NCBI GenBank assembly: GCA_052426225.1
Contig: JBNJNM010000022.1
Location: 124,001 to 188,000, forward strand
Direction: 5' to 3'
DNA from: Zancudomyces culisetae HAW-14-8
Taxonomy: Eukaryota; Fungi; Kickxellomycota
Length of the DNA: 64,000 nucleotides
Of this stretch, positions 11,916-26,100 are shown in pieces. Each line of letters begins with the position of its first letter. The stretch's first letter is position 1. Made by a program: the position numbers and the translations under genes. A model generated the notes under the pieces. It was not told the origin of the DNA. It ran no database searches and saw nothing but the letters and a program-made list of their open reading frames with translations.

Positions 11916-13511
11916 TCAATATAAAGTCATCAAAAGTATAAATCCTAGAATACCAACAGTGTATGCAATTACTGATGCTATAATTATAAAAATAATGTTA
12001 GGATATATAAATCAATTGTATCCAAATTGTAGAAAATTTAACCAAACAATAATAAACAAACAGATAATAATACAGGCATTTTCTTACTTGGCTTGTAAGC
12101 AGCTATCTCCTTCAATGCGCCCAAATCTGGTAATCCCATCACATTACAAAATACATGACTTAATATACAGGCATATACGCTTTCTATGTAACAATACAAT
12201 CTAGTATTAGAATCAATTATTTCCGAAGGTTGGTTAAATTCACTAGATACTGTAGCTGGAGGAATACTTACGGGTTTTGGTAAAGATATATGCATTAAAG
12301 AGACTGAAAATCGTCGTGTAGGTAAACTGAAGAGCTATTTTTTAGAAAGAGGTCAGTGAGATTGTATATAATACCAACGCTTTAAAGTTTATTTACCTGT
12401 AGGTGGTATTATTTTACTCCAAGGCCATTTGGCTTTCCGCTTTTCAATTATGTGATATAAATGGGCTAGTGGGATAGTGATTAAAGACATAATTAAGATA
12501 TTGGTTGTATTTCTATGAAAATGGTTATAAATAGTATAGGTTGAGGTTATTACCTATTCCAAATAAAATTGATGAGATAAACATCGCTGCTTCTTTTCCA
12601 AATCCAGCCTCTAAAAGTAGTGGAATAATGGATGCCCTATAAACAATCTCTTCTAATACCGGGCCCTATTTATTTTTAAATGGCTTCTTGTTAAGATGTA
12701 CAAGTTCGCACGTCTATAAATTATCTTTATATATCCTCCCCCCCTCCCACAATTCTGGTATCTACAGTATATAAATGCTATTGAAAAAAAAGTTAGCTGA
12801 TTATGTTTATACTCACAATTATATTCTCTTTGCAAGATTCTATCTCATACCAACTCATAATCAAACTTTCTCGTATCAACATCCATGGGTGATTCATTAA
12901 GAGATAGTCAACATATATTGGTCCTAGATACAGAAGAACCAATGAAATAAGTGTTTGGACTGTTGCTCGTGGTTCATTTTTAAAATTAAAGCCCATTTTT
13001 GACACCGAGTATTGTAGTCCCTATTTAATTAGTATTGAATTTTGGGTTTAACTGTTAGATGGATAAACCATGTATTATTTTGAATAAGTTTTAAAAAATT
13101 ACACCCTTGCTTTTTGACGTTTTAGGCAAAATAGATAGGATACTGCCTTACTTTTTCTTCATTTGTCGCTAACACGTAGCTGGTAAGAGTAATACTGAGT
13201 AACACTGCAAAGAGTGCACCCTTTATCTTTCTAACCGTTAATTCGCTACTTGTTTTCCTTCTAGTGGGTATATAACCCTGTTCTTTGTTGATACCATCCT
13301 GTGTACCATCATTACTTTCTGCGACTTGTTTTTGTCCTTTATCTTTCTTTTGCCCAAGTATAGTCTGGTAGGTCTTCTCTGTTAGCTTTTTGATGATCTT
13401 TATTATTCTGATTCCGAGATCGTTTTGTAGTATTTCCTCAATATTGGCGAATAAATGAATGAACATTACAAACGACAGTCCCTCGAATATAGCTAGCCAA
13501 ATTGGATCCAT
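11916..13511 (-). CDS. RCE1: CAAX prenyl protease 2 (Rce1, Abi family), 7 exons (13511-13152, 13020-12817, 12665-12554, 12465-12397, 12334-12272, 12183-12088, 11978-11916)
   Basis: The spliced translation gives ENII-GPVLEEIVYRASIIPLL (EExxxR), SILFGIAHLYH (FxxxH), QFTYTTIFSLFNAYIF and ACILSHVFCNVMGLPD (HxxxN), i.e. all Rce1 catalytic motifs, ending in the TM segment SVIAYTVGILGFILLMTLY. Confidence 0.9.
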
Positions 13512-15054
13512 TTGTGGATTTTTTTTCGTTTTCTTATCTTTATAATGTTCGACTTTTTTATTTTGTATTGTATATAAATTATTAAACAGAGAATACTTTT
13601 AATCCTGCTTTACAAGTATTTTATTAAGTTTGGCTAAAATAATAATATTCTGTTCTTTAGATTCTTGTTTTATCATTACTCGTTTTTTTTTAACATTATT
13701 TACCTCAATCTTTCAAATAGCACACTTTTTCCATATGTTTTTGTATAAAGGCATAGCAACCAGGCGTGATGAAGTGATGTTTGATCTTTTAATACCCATC
13801 TAATTTGCCCTACTTTTCTAGTTTCTGGAGCTTATTAAGACTCATTTTTTCCGGACGTAGATTAAATGAGGGAATTATTTAATCTCGAAATTGTTTTGAT
13901 TTGTCTAAGAATATCTTGTATGTATAAATCAACAATTTTTATGTAGCTAATAATTAAGCCATTTGTAATTTAAATCCACAAGCTAAGTGTATCTGTTTTT
14001 ATTATTTATTGAGCTATGTTATGATGACAAAGCACTAATTTACGTAAAACAGTAAAAAAAATGCAAACCGCAATTACAAGAGCAGTGCTATTCTGCAATG
14101 GGGCTGGCTACTGGGAGGCGGTGTTTAGGAAGCTTTTGCATTAACAGTTCAATTACAGGACTGTTTTTTTTCTAACGAAAGGATTTAATAAAGATTAATT
14201 AAGCAGGTTCACAATTAAAGGTATAATTTGTATAACTACTTAAAAATCTATAAATAAAAACCATGACTAGTTGCGGTACCAAAAATTGACGTCAATTCAG
14301 TTATTTCACTGTTTTATTACTCACTTGTATTCAGAAGTACACATCCTCTATTATCATTACTAAATACGGTTGGGTAGTAATTGATCTTATTTAATTCTCT
14401 ACTTAATCTTGCTATGTTTACTAATGCTAATATTTAATTCGTACATAAATAATTCAATAAACATGATTGACACACATAGAGCCAGTATTGCTAAATGTTT
14501 GCTTTTCATAGGAGTGCAAAATGCCAGTACACATGAATTAACATGCCAAACCTGAGCTTAATAAGCTCTTTATAATCAGATATATTTCATTTTGTGTTAA
14601 CACTTCGTTTTCCTTTGCTCAAACTGTTTTCACATTCAGTGAGATGGGGCAAATTGCGCAACCACCTTGAAAGCTAAATTTTATTCTGCTTTTTTCAGAA
14701 ACTCTTGCTAGTAGATAAATAATTGTAGCTGGTGGTATCCAAGTTTATCCGATAAAGTCATAGAATTTTGACCATTATTTGTACAGCTTGCCCAAAAAAT
14801 TTTGTTCCCCCCCCCCCCACCACTTGAATTCTTGTTGGCATAGTTTTCGATTTCCCAAAAAATAAAATTTTTTTTCTTCAAATTGCTGTTTTTTGATTTC
14901 ATACATTTTTTTTCTAACCAAAAAAAAAATTTTTCTCCGAACCAACCACCAACCTGAAATCGGAAACTGCCACACAAAAGATCAATAAACCATTTAGTAT
15001 ATTGCTAAAAAAAAAACAGCTAAAATAGGTTGTCTGTACAAGAGCTAGACGAAA

Positions 15055-17937
15055 ATGATGAAGCAAAGTAAAGGTGGAAAAAAGGCAAAGGCAAAATACA
15101 CAAGACAGGAGTTGGCAAAGCTCAGGGAGTATGGAGAGCTGGATCCACTCAATTCCAAAGGGGAATTTGGAGGCCTGGATGAGGCGATCACCAATGCATT
15201 TAGTAAAAAAATGACAAATATGGTAGGAACTTTTACAGTAGGCGAGAAAAAAAGAAAAATATCAAAAAGAGCTAAAGAATCTGGGCAACTGATCAAACAC
15301 GAGGTGGCTGACGACAAAAGCATCGATGAAATCGACTATCGCGAATTTACTAAAAAGAAAAAAAAGAATTCAAAAGACAAGCTAAAGAAGCTAATAGAAT
15401 TGATAGGTAACGATGAGTCAGAAATTGAAGTACAGAGAGAAAATTTAAGTGCAGTAGGTGAAAATGGCACTATAAATGGAAGTTCTCATGACTCCGAGAA
15501 AAAATCGGCAAGAAAGAAAAAGAACAATAGCGTATTGGGTTTTGGAGATGTTATAACTGAGGATAGCAAAGAAGAATCAGAAGTAGAAGAGGAACCAGAT
15601 AAAATTAATGGTACGAAAACAATAGCGTTGCGTTGTGCGATTGATTTTAGCCTCTGAGGCTTAAAAAGTTGATTTAGTTAGACTTTTCATGCTGATTATA
15701 GGTGTAAACTAATCTGGGATTTGAATATAATTTTAATAGATGAATCGAACGGGATAAGCACCGAGAACGGTAAATAGATAACGTCAAAATAAGTATAAAC
15801 TCTAAAAAAAATATTAGTTTATGGACAATAAACTTATCTATATCTTTATTTACCTAATAATTTAGATCCATTTGTTAAAAGAACCAGCTATTTAGAGGCC
15901 GAAATATCTAAATGTTTGACTCTAACCGATAGTAAAGGTGACAACATACTAGAGCCAATTACATTTCAAGATAAAGAATTAAACGTGGTGATGGACTATA
16001 TCCCTCAGCATTCTAAAGTTCAAGAAACCTTCAAAGAGATTATTAGCACCAAATCAAAGAAGTTGTCCAGCTATCAAGTAAAAACTCGCCTTGTAAATAA
16101 TTTCTCTAGTATGAACGCCTCTGCTGTAGGTAAAGAAGGTAGGGATAAACTTTTTTTTTTAAGGTTTAACTGGAATCTAGTTGTTAAAACTCCATTAATG
16201 ATAAATGACTAAATTTACAGATGCAACGGATCTTCAATTAAGTTTATTCAAAATAATGAACACGTATAAGGACGTAGTATATGGAAATCGAACTTACAAG
16301 AATTCCAAACAGATCATGACAACCTATGCGCTTCATATCTTGAATCATCTTTTAAAGTAAGAGTTATGTTCGTTTCTCCATTCTAGCAGTGTATAAAACC
16401 ACTTACTTGGCTCTGTAAAAAATGTTTTGTATGTAATAAAATATCCTTTATTTTAGGTCACGAGATAGAATTATCAGGAACAACGCTAGGATTTTAAAAT
16501 CAGAAAAAGAGGGAAAACCAATAGAGTAAGTCGATTTCTCGGGATACTAATTTTGAAAACATAAACGATGAACATAGTTTGATATAAGGGTATTACTAAT
16601 AAACAAATAGTGAAAAAGTAATTAAGGATCAGGGGTTCAATAGACCAACAGTGCTAATACTATTTCCATATCGTAATATGGCCTATAATTTTATAAAAAT
16701 CTTGATAAAACTAATTGGAATGAACAAAGTATTAAACATTGAAAGGTTTGAACAAGAATTTGACGATCCCGAAAAAACAACCAATGCGGGTAAACCTGAG
16801 GAATATCAAGAAATATTTGCAGGAAACATTGATGACTCCTTTCGACTGGGCGTGAGGCTCAATATGAATAAGGGCCTTTGCTTGTACTCTGAATTTTACA
16901 ACTCAGACATAATTGTTGCATCGCCATTGGGCCTAAAGTTGGCCTCAGAAAATAGCAGCGGAAGCAAAGGGGCGGGCACATCTAAAAGTGGAAGCGAGTA
17001 TGACTATTTGAGTAGTATAGAAGTGTTGGTTATGGATCAATGCGACGCATTTTTGATGCAAAACTGGGAGCACGTTCTCAGTATTCTTCAAAAGATCAAC
17101 AATGTGCCTAAAAAAATACATCCTTCAACCGACTTTTCTCGCGTTCAGTCATATTTCCTTGATGCCAACAGCAAGTACTTTCGCCAAAACCTGCTTTTTA
17201 CTGACTATTTTACTCCTGAAATTCTCAGTATATTCAATTCCACATGTGAAAACATAAACGGAAAATACAAAGTTGCATCGCTGTATTCTACAACCAACTC
17301 ATCCATTAACCATGTTACCACAAAACCTTTGCCCCAGGTTTTCTACAAAATCCCTTCCCCATTGGTCTCGGGCTCTGATCCTGAGAAACAGGTTATGCCC
17401 ACAGACCAAAGGTTCAATTATTTTTGCCAAAACTTCTCCAAACTGCTCTTTGTACCAGGCACCTTTGTCTTTGTATCTAGCTACTTTGATTATGTACGCG
17501 TTAGAAACTATATCAACCACATCACTGAAAACCCGAGCTCTGTTTTTAAAAGATTTGTATCTCGCGAAGAGCTAATCAAATCTCCTGCTTTTCTGAATGA
17601 ATACACTTCTAAATCCAATGTTTCTCGATTTCGCTCTCATTTTTTCCATGGCAACTCCTCTGTGATGCTGTATTCTGAAAGGTTCCACTATTATTACAGA
17701 TACAAAATTCGAGGCATAAAACAGATCATTTTTTACTCCCTACCAGAACATCCACAGTACTATCCCGAAATTGTTAACCTGCTAGAATCCGACACAACCT
17801 CTAATCTCTCCCTGTCAACCCCCAGGTGCCATGTCCTATTTGATACCCTAGATTCTCTTAGGCTGGAGCGCATCATTGGTTCATCTGAAACTAGCAATAT
17901 TTTATCCTCTTTCCAATCAAAGTTTACCTTTGTTTGA
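15055..17937 (+). CDS. UTP25: U3 snoRNA-associated protein 25 (Utp25/DEF), 6 exons including a 30-nt micro-exon at ~15740-15769
   Basis: KDQGFNRPTVLILFP, FAGNIDDSFRLG, YSEFYNSDIIVASPLGL, DYLSSIEVLVMDQ, MQNWEHV, SYFDYVRVRNY, SERFHYYYRYKIRG and FYSLPEHPQYY are Utp25 signatures; introns are canonical. Confidence 0.93.
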
Positions 17938-18249
17938 TTGGGTTGCACGTTTATGTTTACCCAATTTCCTCTTTCTTCTACTCTGTTTTATGTTTATGTC
18001 ACTTTATTACATACATCTATGTTTATTTAGAACGGCAATTAAGCCGATTAACTTGTGAATTTGGAGATTTTTAAAATAAAAAATTTTTTTTTTGCTTTGA
18101 TTTGGCAATTACTTCCTTTTATAATTTAATAAAAGCCTTGAATACAGTGCTGAACTAATAATCTCAATTTTGAAACTGGTATCACTGTACTTTGTTCTCG
18201 CAGCATTAGTGTAGAAATAGGAATAATTAGGATCATTAAACTTATAGAA

Positions 18250-18708
18250 ATGGCTCAGGGAAGTAAGATCAAACCTAACAACTCGAATACCTTTTCCAAA
18301 TCTAAACCACCCAAAGGTGCTAGCGGAGGTAAATAATGTTTTTATTCACAATAGCAATTTCCGTTTTGGAGTTTTTTTCTTTCTTAAATTTAGGCATTAT
18401 TGTGTACCATTTACACTGATGCTTACATACTTCTCATTTTTTTATTATTGTACAAATGCTTTAGTGCGAGTTTGACCCCACATTTAATCAATTAATACTT
18501 AACAATCTCATTAGGTAAAATTACAAAAAGGAAATCTAACAAAGAAAAGGAAAAGAAAAAGCTTTTCACCAAAAAACTAGTAGCTTCCCACACCCAGTCT
18601 ATCGAAAAAGCTTTAGCTTCTAAAGTCAGCAGTGTTGGGAAACTATCAGTTTTGAGATCCTTGGCAAACAACGAAAGTAGTGGTAAAAAGACAAAAAACA
18701 AAAAGTGA
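18250..18708 (+). CDS. UPF0390 / Leydig cell tumor 10 kDa (C19orf53-like) small basic protein, 2 exons (18250-18328, 18515-18708); absent from the ORF track
   Basis: The spliced product is MAQGSKIKP...KGASGGKITKRK...KKKLFTKKLVASHTQSIEKALASKVSSVGKLSVLRSL...KK*. The MAQG start and IEKxLA...GKL pattern are typical of the family. The phase-1 intron runs GTAAAT...TTAAC...TAG. Confidence 0.8.
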
Positions 18709-18849
18709 GCAATGCTAATTGATGCTGGAATACATGAATGATAATGCCTTTTTTTCTGTTCTGATTACTGTTTTGTCTCACTACTGTATTATTACCTCAA
18801 TAAAGCTGTAATATTGCTACTTCCCATTTAATAGTTACACTATATCGTT

Positions 18850-20100
18850 TTATCTTGTGTCAAAGTATTCCTTAGCAATTTTAACCTGCAAGTAAGAGGA
18901 TATTTCTTTGTTGAATACTGACAACTTAGTACGGATATCTTTTTTGTATTTGTTGTATTTCGTGTTTCTACGATCACAAACATCGATTATTGTTTCGAAA
19001 TCGTCGAATTTTTCACCTTCCTCTCTTTCCTCAGTTCCCTCGATTTCATCTGTTGTCTCTCTATCGTTGGTATCACTCATTTCTCTACTTTCTCTACTTT
19101 CTCTACTTTCTCTACTTTCTCTACTCTGGGACTTCTTGGACTTTTTGGTTTTGATGCTATCAGCGGTTTCAATATGTTCATTTTTCTTAGCTTTTTCACA
19201 ACTTTCAGATCTCTCCTTAGTCTTTACACTTTCAGTCCTACTGCTTTCCCTGCCTCCTTTAACATTGCTAGTCTTTATTCCGTTTATTCTGTTGAATTGC
19301 GCCTCGCTCATCAAAGTATTTTTACGAACATAATACGGTACCTTGCTAACTGGAACATCAGTAAATATCCCAAACGTTTCTTCCACCTTTTCTTGGGATG
19401 AACTTGTTTCTGTATTTAGTGTTTTTTCATCATATTCGCTACGATTTATCTCAACTTCGGGCTTTGTTTGAGCACCACTGTCGGTTGCAGACATGGTATA
19501 TCCTTGGAATTTGTCCCGTGATTTGCGCCAATTTACTCGCAGATCCTCATCAGTTTGTGTTAGAGTAGACCTCCTGCTATTGTCTTCTACTTCAGGTACT
19601 TTAAGTAGATCGCTATACTTTTCAGGATCTTCATTTGGGCCAATCATGTAGAAATGCTCTTTTACCACCTTCATCGCTCTGACCATATCGAAAAACTCTG
19701 TTTCACTCATTTCAATATACATTTTTGGCTTGACATCACCATAAAAACTTCTTATTCGTTCTTGGCCTACGTTTTCTATATTTTCAGCTCCAAGTTTGCT
19801 TTCAGAAGAATTATAATCAGTAGATGGTAAAAGTATTTTTGAAAATTTACCACCCTCATTTATAGATTTAAGATTATTATTTCTACTGCTTAAGCTGACT
19901 CTACTCAACTTGCTAGATTTTATAGAACTTCCAGTGTTTTTGAATTTGCTATTTTTAAATAATGCTATACTTCCAAAACCTGATGATTCCCTAGCAACTT
20001 CTAGTTGATTTTTATCATGTTTTGCAATTCCAGGCACCCTTAGCTTAACCTCACCATAATCATAATCATCATAATCATCAAAATCATAATCATTATCATC

Positions 20101-20132
<32 letters not shown>

Positions 20133-23100
20133 CATCACGTACCTCTAAGCGTACAGAAGGAGCCCCTTCAAAAACTTTGCTTTTGTTTCTAGAATGCTCT
20201 TTTTCTTGAAGGCTGTTACGAGTAGCAAAACTCAAATTTCGTTTTAAATAACCCGCTATAGAAGTATTCAGATTTTGTAGGTGATGCTTCGTGTACAGGG
20301 AAATGCTGGTATTTGTACCAGCCTCCTCTCCAGTGTCATCAAATTCACCATCTGCTATTTCCAGATCTTTGGGGCTGGTAGATGAAATCAAGTATTTATT
20401 CAAGTTACTTTTTCTGACAGGAGAATTGGGATAAAACCTTGGCCTCCTGTGCTTGTCTTGAGTTTTTATTGCTGAAGGTACTAAAACGTCCTCCTTCGCA
20501 TTTGAGTACTTGGAAAGGATATGCTTCTCCTGTGGATATCCCATCCCAGACCTATTTACCTTATCAAATATCCGCACTGGGTCGCCAAAAGCGTACGAGT
20601 GTATGTATACTTTTCCATCACTATCTACGCTTTTATATTTGAATAGCGTGCTTTTTATGCAATCGTCTGAAGAGCTAATAAAGCTTGTCTTTGCACCATA
20701 GTCGTTTTTTAGCCTTTCTATGTCCTTGTACACATTGCTATTTCTGAGAACACAATCAGATTTTGATCTCTTGAGTTTCGCTGGTAAAGCTTTTGAGTCG
20801 TCATCGTCATCGGCATCGGCATTTTCATTATCTTCGTTTTCGAAATGACCATATTTTTCTGTTATCTGTGGCGTATAATAACCTGATATACTTTTGTACC
20901 CCAACCCAGGTTCTGAAAATAACATGCTCTTTTTTGTATCACCTAAAAAAGAGATATTTGGTCGGCTTTGTTTTTTTCTAATGGCGTAGTTTACAGACAA
21001 CATGCCCCCTGAATCTTTAGGCTGTTCAAACTGGCTAAGGCTATCACTAAAACTTCCATCAACGCTTCGTACTGTCCTTGCACTACTTCGAGCAGAAAGA
21101 TAACCATTTTCAATTGAAAATATTTCTGTTGGCTTTGCATAGACGGATGGCTTTTGCATTTCGCTCCCGATTCTATCACTCGAGTAATTAATTTCAGGTA
21201 TGTCACTTCTGCTTTTTTTATTTCTCAAAATACTTCCCTTGATAGTATTCTTTAATCTACCCCCTGCGGTTGATGAACTGGAAAGAGCTGAAGAAACGGT
21301 TTTTCGAAGTGTTGATCGTCTAGCTGGGGATGACTTTTCCTTAACCCACGGGGACTTCATCTTATTAATCTGGGTAGTTGAGCTCTTCAGATACTTTTTA
21401 CCCCCTATACAGCCTATAATATCCATTAGATCCAAAAAATCTTTAACTCTATTCAAATGCAACTTGATCTCCTCGTTTATCATTATGGGAATGTCTATTA
21501 GGGCACCAAAAGAGAGAAATTGCACTGTAAACTCCAAAAAGTCCCATAGAATATAATCAAGAGGCTTGAATGGTATATTTACACCGTCCCCTAACATCAA
21601 TAATCCTTTGCCTATTAAGTTCAAAATGGCGTTATGTTTTTCGGAAAACATGTCAATATAGTTCTCTTTGTTGATCAAATCCATCGTGTTATTTGTTTTC
21701 CATTCCGGCACCCTATGGGCATAACATGAATCTTCGTACTCCTCGTACTCCTCAAGTTCTTTTTCTTCCTCCACTTCTTTAACACTATCTTTTCCGGTTA
21801 CTGTTTGGATTTCTGACTCCATTTCCACCTCCATACTTTCAGTATCCAATCTACTATTATTTTCTTCCTCTTCATTTTTATCTATTTCTTCCATAACCTC
21901 AAATATTATTTGCTCATCATCAGCATTAGAATAGGGTTCATATAATCTGATATTTTCTTTTGATTTTCCGTTTTCCGATCCGTGATTATTTGCCAACGCA
22001 TTTGTACCAGAACTATAAGATTTCTTTGCATTTTGAATATTTAAAAACTGATGGCTTTCATGTTGGTTAATCAGGGCCATACTCTTTCTTAATCTTGTCA
22101 ATCCTTTTATTTCATAATCCAGGTTTGAAAAGATTGGAGAATCTCCAATATAGGATACATTCGCGTCTTTATCTTTTAACTTTATAGGCTTTTCAGACCT
22201 ACAAGTACATTTTTCGCTAAAGGATATATTTCTAAACGCATTTATATTTCTATACAACAAGCAGCTTTGAATAGCATTGAGGTTAATCAGTGAACAGACG
22301 TTGAACGTGTCTTCTTTGTACACATCCCTGCTGAGATGAGTTGGAAAGGCGTGTTTGAATGCCAACACGGCGTTGTTTACTGCAAACTGTAAAAGATTTC
22401 TGGTGCAGTTGCAAATTTCGAGGTCATTCACATCAAAGCTTAGAGAGGAAATACCATATTTTTCCAGAAAATATTTTTTTACAAAGCATAAATTCATTTT
22501 AATACTAATGAATAGTGCTTTAAGCCACTCAATTCCTTTTTCAGATACCGAATCGATATTTTCAAGTAGTGCCTCCCTAGATGCGTTTTTTTCAATAACT
22601 GTTCTTGCACGAGCAAATAAGCTCTTCTGAAATGGACTTGGCTCACCATTTTCATTAGCCTTTGCTTCGACTTTTTCAATTACCTCCAAAAAGACATTAT
22701 ATGGCGCAACTTCAACGTCGAAAGGATCATTCCGCTTATGACTTGGGTATCCCAATAATTCAAACACTTGCGTCCAAAGTAGGCTATAGTTAACTTTTAG
22801 TTTTCCATTATGTTCTATTTTGCTTTCCAAAATGTAGTTAGCAAGTACTGTCATTGCTCTAGCTGTTTTATTTCTACAATAGTTCCTTCTTTTTAACCCC
22901 TCAATATACTCAGTAAAATAATGCTTATGATTACTCATGAGCTCGATTACTGTTTGGTTTGATTCAAAAAATTCACCTGGTTCAAACATGTTGATTTTAA
23001 GTCTGCGTTTTCTCTTGGGCTCAAATCTTTCAGTTGCTTCATAACAAGCGTTGGAGAAAACAAAAAAGCTTTCATCTAAATTTTCAAGTAAATATATTTG

Positions 23101-26100
23101 TGCTATTTTGTAGTTGTTTTGCAACATCTTTGGGTTGAAGTTTTCAAAGATTATAATATTCATCAGTAGTCTTGCATACGACCTTGAATATATTATCTCT
23201 TTTTTTGAAATAGCTACCGATTTTTTTATTTCATCATCATCACTAGGGTTGGAGAGTCTCAATACATTCATGGTAAACACGAACTTGGAAAATAGATAGT
23301 GATCTGTGTAGATATAACCTTGTCTTTGGTTATAAATTAATATGTCGTACATATTTGATAAGCTATCCATAATTCTGAATATCAAGTAATATAAACGTTT
23401 GTGTTGAATCATTTTTATATATACCCGACACATTGAAAGGTAGAATACCTTTACCAATCGCCTTTTCTTGCAGTTTTTTATCAATCCTTCGTAGAAATCG
23501 GACACACAATCGTAGTTACCCCCAATCTCGGTATACTTTTCGTTCAGTTTATAAATATTCAGTGAAATAACCTTTTCAAATATGTCTAAAATCTGTTTTG
23601 AAATCCCAACGCCTCCTTTGAAGAAGTGGCAAACACTGGATATCAAAATGTACTCCAGTTCGATGATTTTATAGCTTTTTTTCACGCGTATATTTTCATA
23701 ACTCAAGAAAGTATACGTATTTTCTCCGCGGGTTCTACCATCCCTTTCACTCGTCTCGGTCTCTTCGTTTGTAGAGGTTAAGATGTTTTTTGTAAACGTT
23801 TTCATGCCACTTATTATTCCTAATTTTGATTCAATCAAGTTGTATAGGGCAGTTACATAGTGCAAAAATAAATCCACTTTTTTTTCGTCGCTTATCCGAT
23901 TACACTTTGCAATATTGGGAAGTAGTTTATAAAACAAATACAAGTAGTCACCAAATTTTTCCGAGTTGTTTTTTGAAAAGATAGCTGTTAATACAACCTT
24001 CATAAAATTGTACACAGAGAACATGTGTGCACTTTCTCCACTGAAAACAAGCAACTGATCGTGTGCTGCGTCGCTTTTTGACCTATTAAAGACCTTTGTC
24101 CACATTTTCCTGTTTTTCTTGTAATAGAGCGATGTATCGGTTTCTTCTGTACCTACATCGCTTGTAAACATGTCCATTTTGATTTGTATCGCTTTTTCCA
24201 TATTCTTGATATTCCTACTTCTCATTGTTTTGTACAGTTCCGATTTTCTAAAACCAAAATTCACCGATGCTATGTTTTTAATTATTTTGTTTACTCCATG
24301 CAAAATTTTTGCTACCATCCCTTCGACATCAAATATATTTGAACTCTCAAGACTAAGCGATAGTTCATAAAATGAATCACGAATCACTTCGGCGTATGGA
24401 TGCTCATTTTTAAAGCCATTGATAACCACAGGTGTTAGTGATGAGACCAGTTGAAAAATAAAATCGTTTCCATTCTCTCGGTAAAAGTGAGACAAAACAA
24501 ATTCCAAGAGTTTTTTTTTTGACAATATACCTGCAGTGTAAGCTTCATCCTCTTTATTGGAACTTTCGTTTAGCATGATATTCAGCTCACAATACACTCT
24601 AAACAGGATTGGACATATTCTCAAATAAAGCGTATTAAACGTGATCATAACTCGAAATCTTGTTGAAAGCAACGCAAAGAGGTAAATACATGTTTCAAAG
24701 ATTTCGTTTGAAACAGTGTAGTATCTTACCAAAGTACAGCCAATATTTGTAATCAAATATGCTAATGTATCCTGTGCATCATTTATTGATTGGGGGTGTG
24801 TTATGACCCTTTCAATGATTCTGAGTCTGCGTTTTGATACCTCTAAAATCAGAAAAAGCATATACTTATCCATATTTTTCAGTACTTTGACAAATTTCCC
24901 TTTAAATCCTGGCAAGTATGCAGATGTTCTAATTGCATTTATATTTGTTATGGGTTTTGTTTTTAAAAGAGACTCGGATCCTAGTAGAAAGATGTCATCG
25001 ATTATATATAGCTTTTTGGGCTCAAGCTGGATCGACATTGAGTTATATTTAGTAGTCGATGTACTATCCACAATCTCCTTTTTGTAGTAGAGAAACATCG
25101 GTTCAAATCCAAGTGATCTCATGAGAAAATTTATGTATTCAACCGATGTTTTGGGATTCATTATTAAGTTGTTGTGCAGTACTAGGGTAAGATACATCAT
25201 ATAGAATGTATGGGTTGCGGATATGTATTTGCGTGAATAAAGCTTTGAAAAAGTATCAGCACTTAGAGAATTGGCGTATTTGATGGTATCTTTAATCAAT
25301 TTCGAGTTGCTTTTGTTTTCGTTTATTATGTTTTCATGTTTAGTTGGTTTATACCAGCAGGTTATATATTGCATATTCGTGTCATCAAAGCTTGTAAACT
25401 CCTTATTCAGTTTATGTTGAAATAAATCGTACGCAGAAAACATCTGGAGTCTTGCATATTCTGTAATTATCGGAAGATAAAGCAGAGAGAAAATAACATT
25501 CTCATTCTTCTTTTTCAAAAGCTGTTCGTTTTTTAAGCCCTTTTTGTAAATAAAATATGAAAAAATGTACTTGCTAGTGAGATATCCATATTCATAGGGA
25601 AGTTGATTAAATCTAACCAGGTTGAAGGAGGACATAAAGTACTCGTTGATTTCATCAAGTTCCAACCTAGACCAACTCTTAAACAGTACCACCGGCATTT
25701 CTTTTATAACAAATAAGATCATATCTTTTACTTTCTCCCTTACGTCATATAGATCATATTTGTCATACTCTTTGGTCGTTTCAGATATATTTAGTGCTTT
25801 GTTTATACCTTTAGTTTTAATCTCAATCAGCTTTTTTCTAATTTCACTCGGAAAGTAGTATGTTGATCTAGTATTAAATTGTCCGCTTGATGCTTCAAAT
25901 TCAAAATGCGTTTTTCTGTGAAATTCATCCACATTCAACATATTTAAGGGTGGTATTCTCAGAAAAGAAAGCTTGTTATTCCTTGCTATAGTGCTTGTTT
26001 TTGACTCAACAGGGGCCTTTCCTCCTATTCTTTTCCCATCTTTTAAGAATTTTAGTAGCCTTTGCTTATTATCGCTTGATAGAGTGTACACATTCAAAAC

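Noticed and set aside
12778-12816. Internal branch point plus acceptor in RCE1 intron 2
   Set aside because: It would define a 39-nt intron and lead to a stop. The distal acceptor gives the conserved NII-GPVLEE motif.
13760-14100. C-box-like TGATGA motifs suggesting C/D snoRNAs
   Set aside because: No suitably spaced CTGA D box, terminal stem or recognisable rRNA antisense element was found.
16441-16448. ATATCCTT resembling a U12 (AT-AC) donor
   Set aside because: It sits at the 3' end of a normal GT-AG UTP25 intron; no U12 intron is needed for any gene model here.
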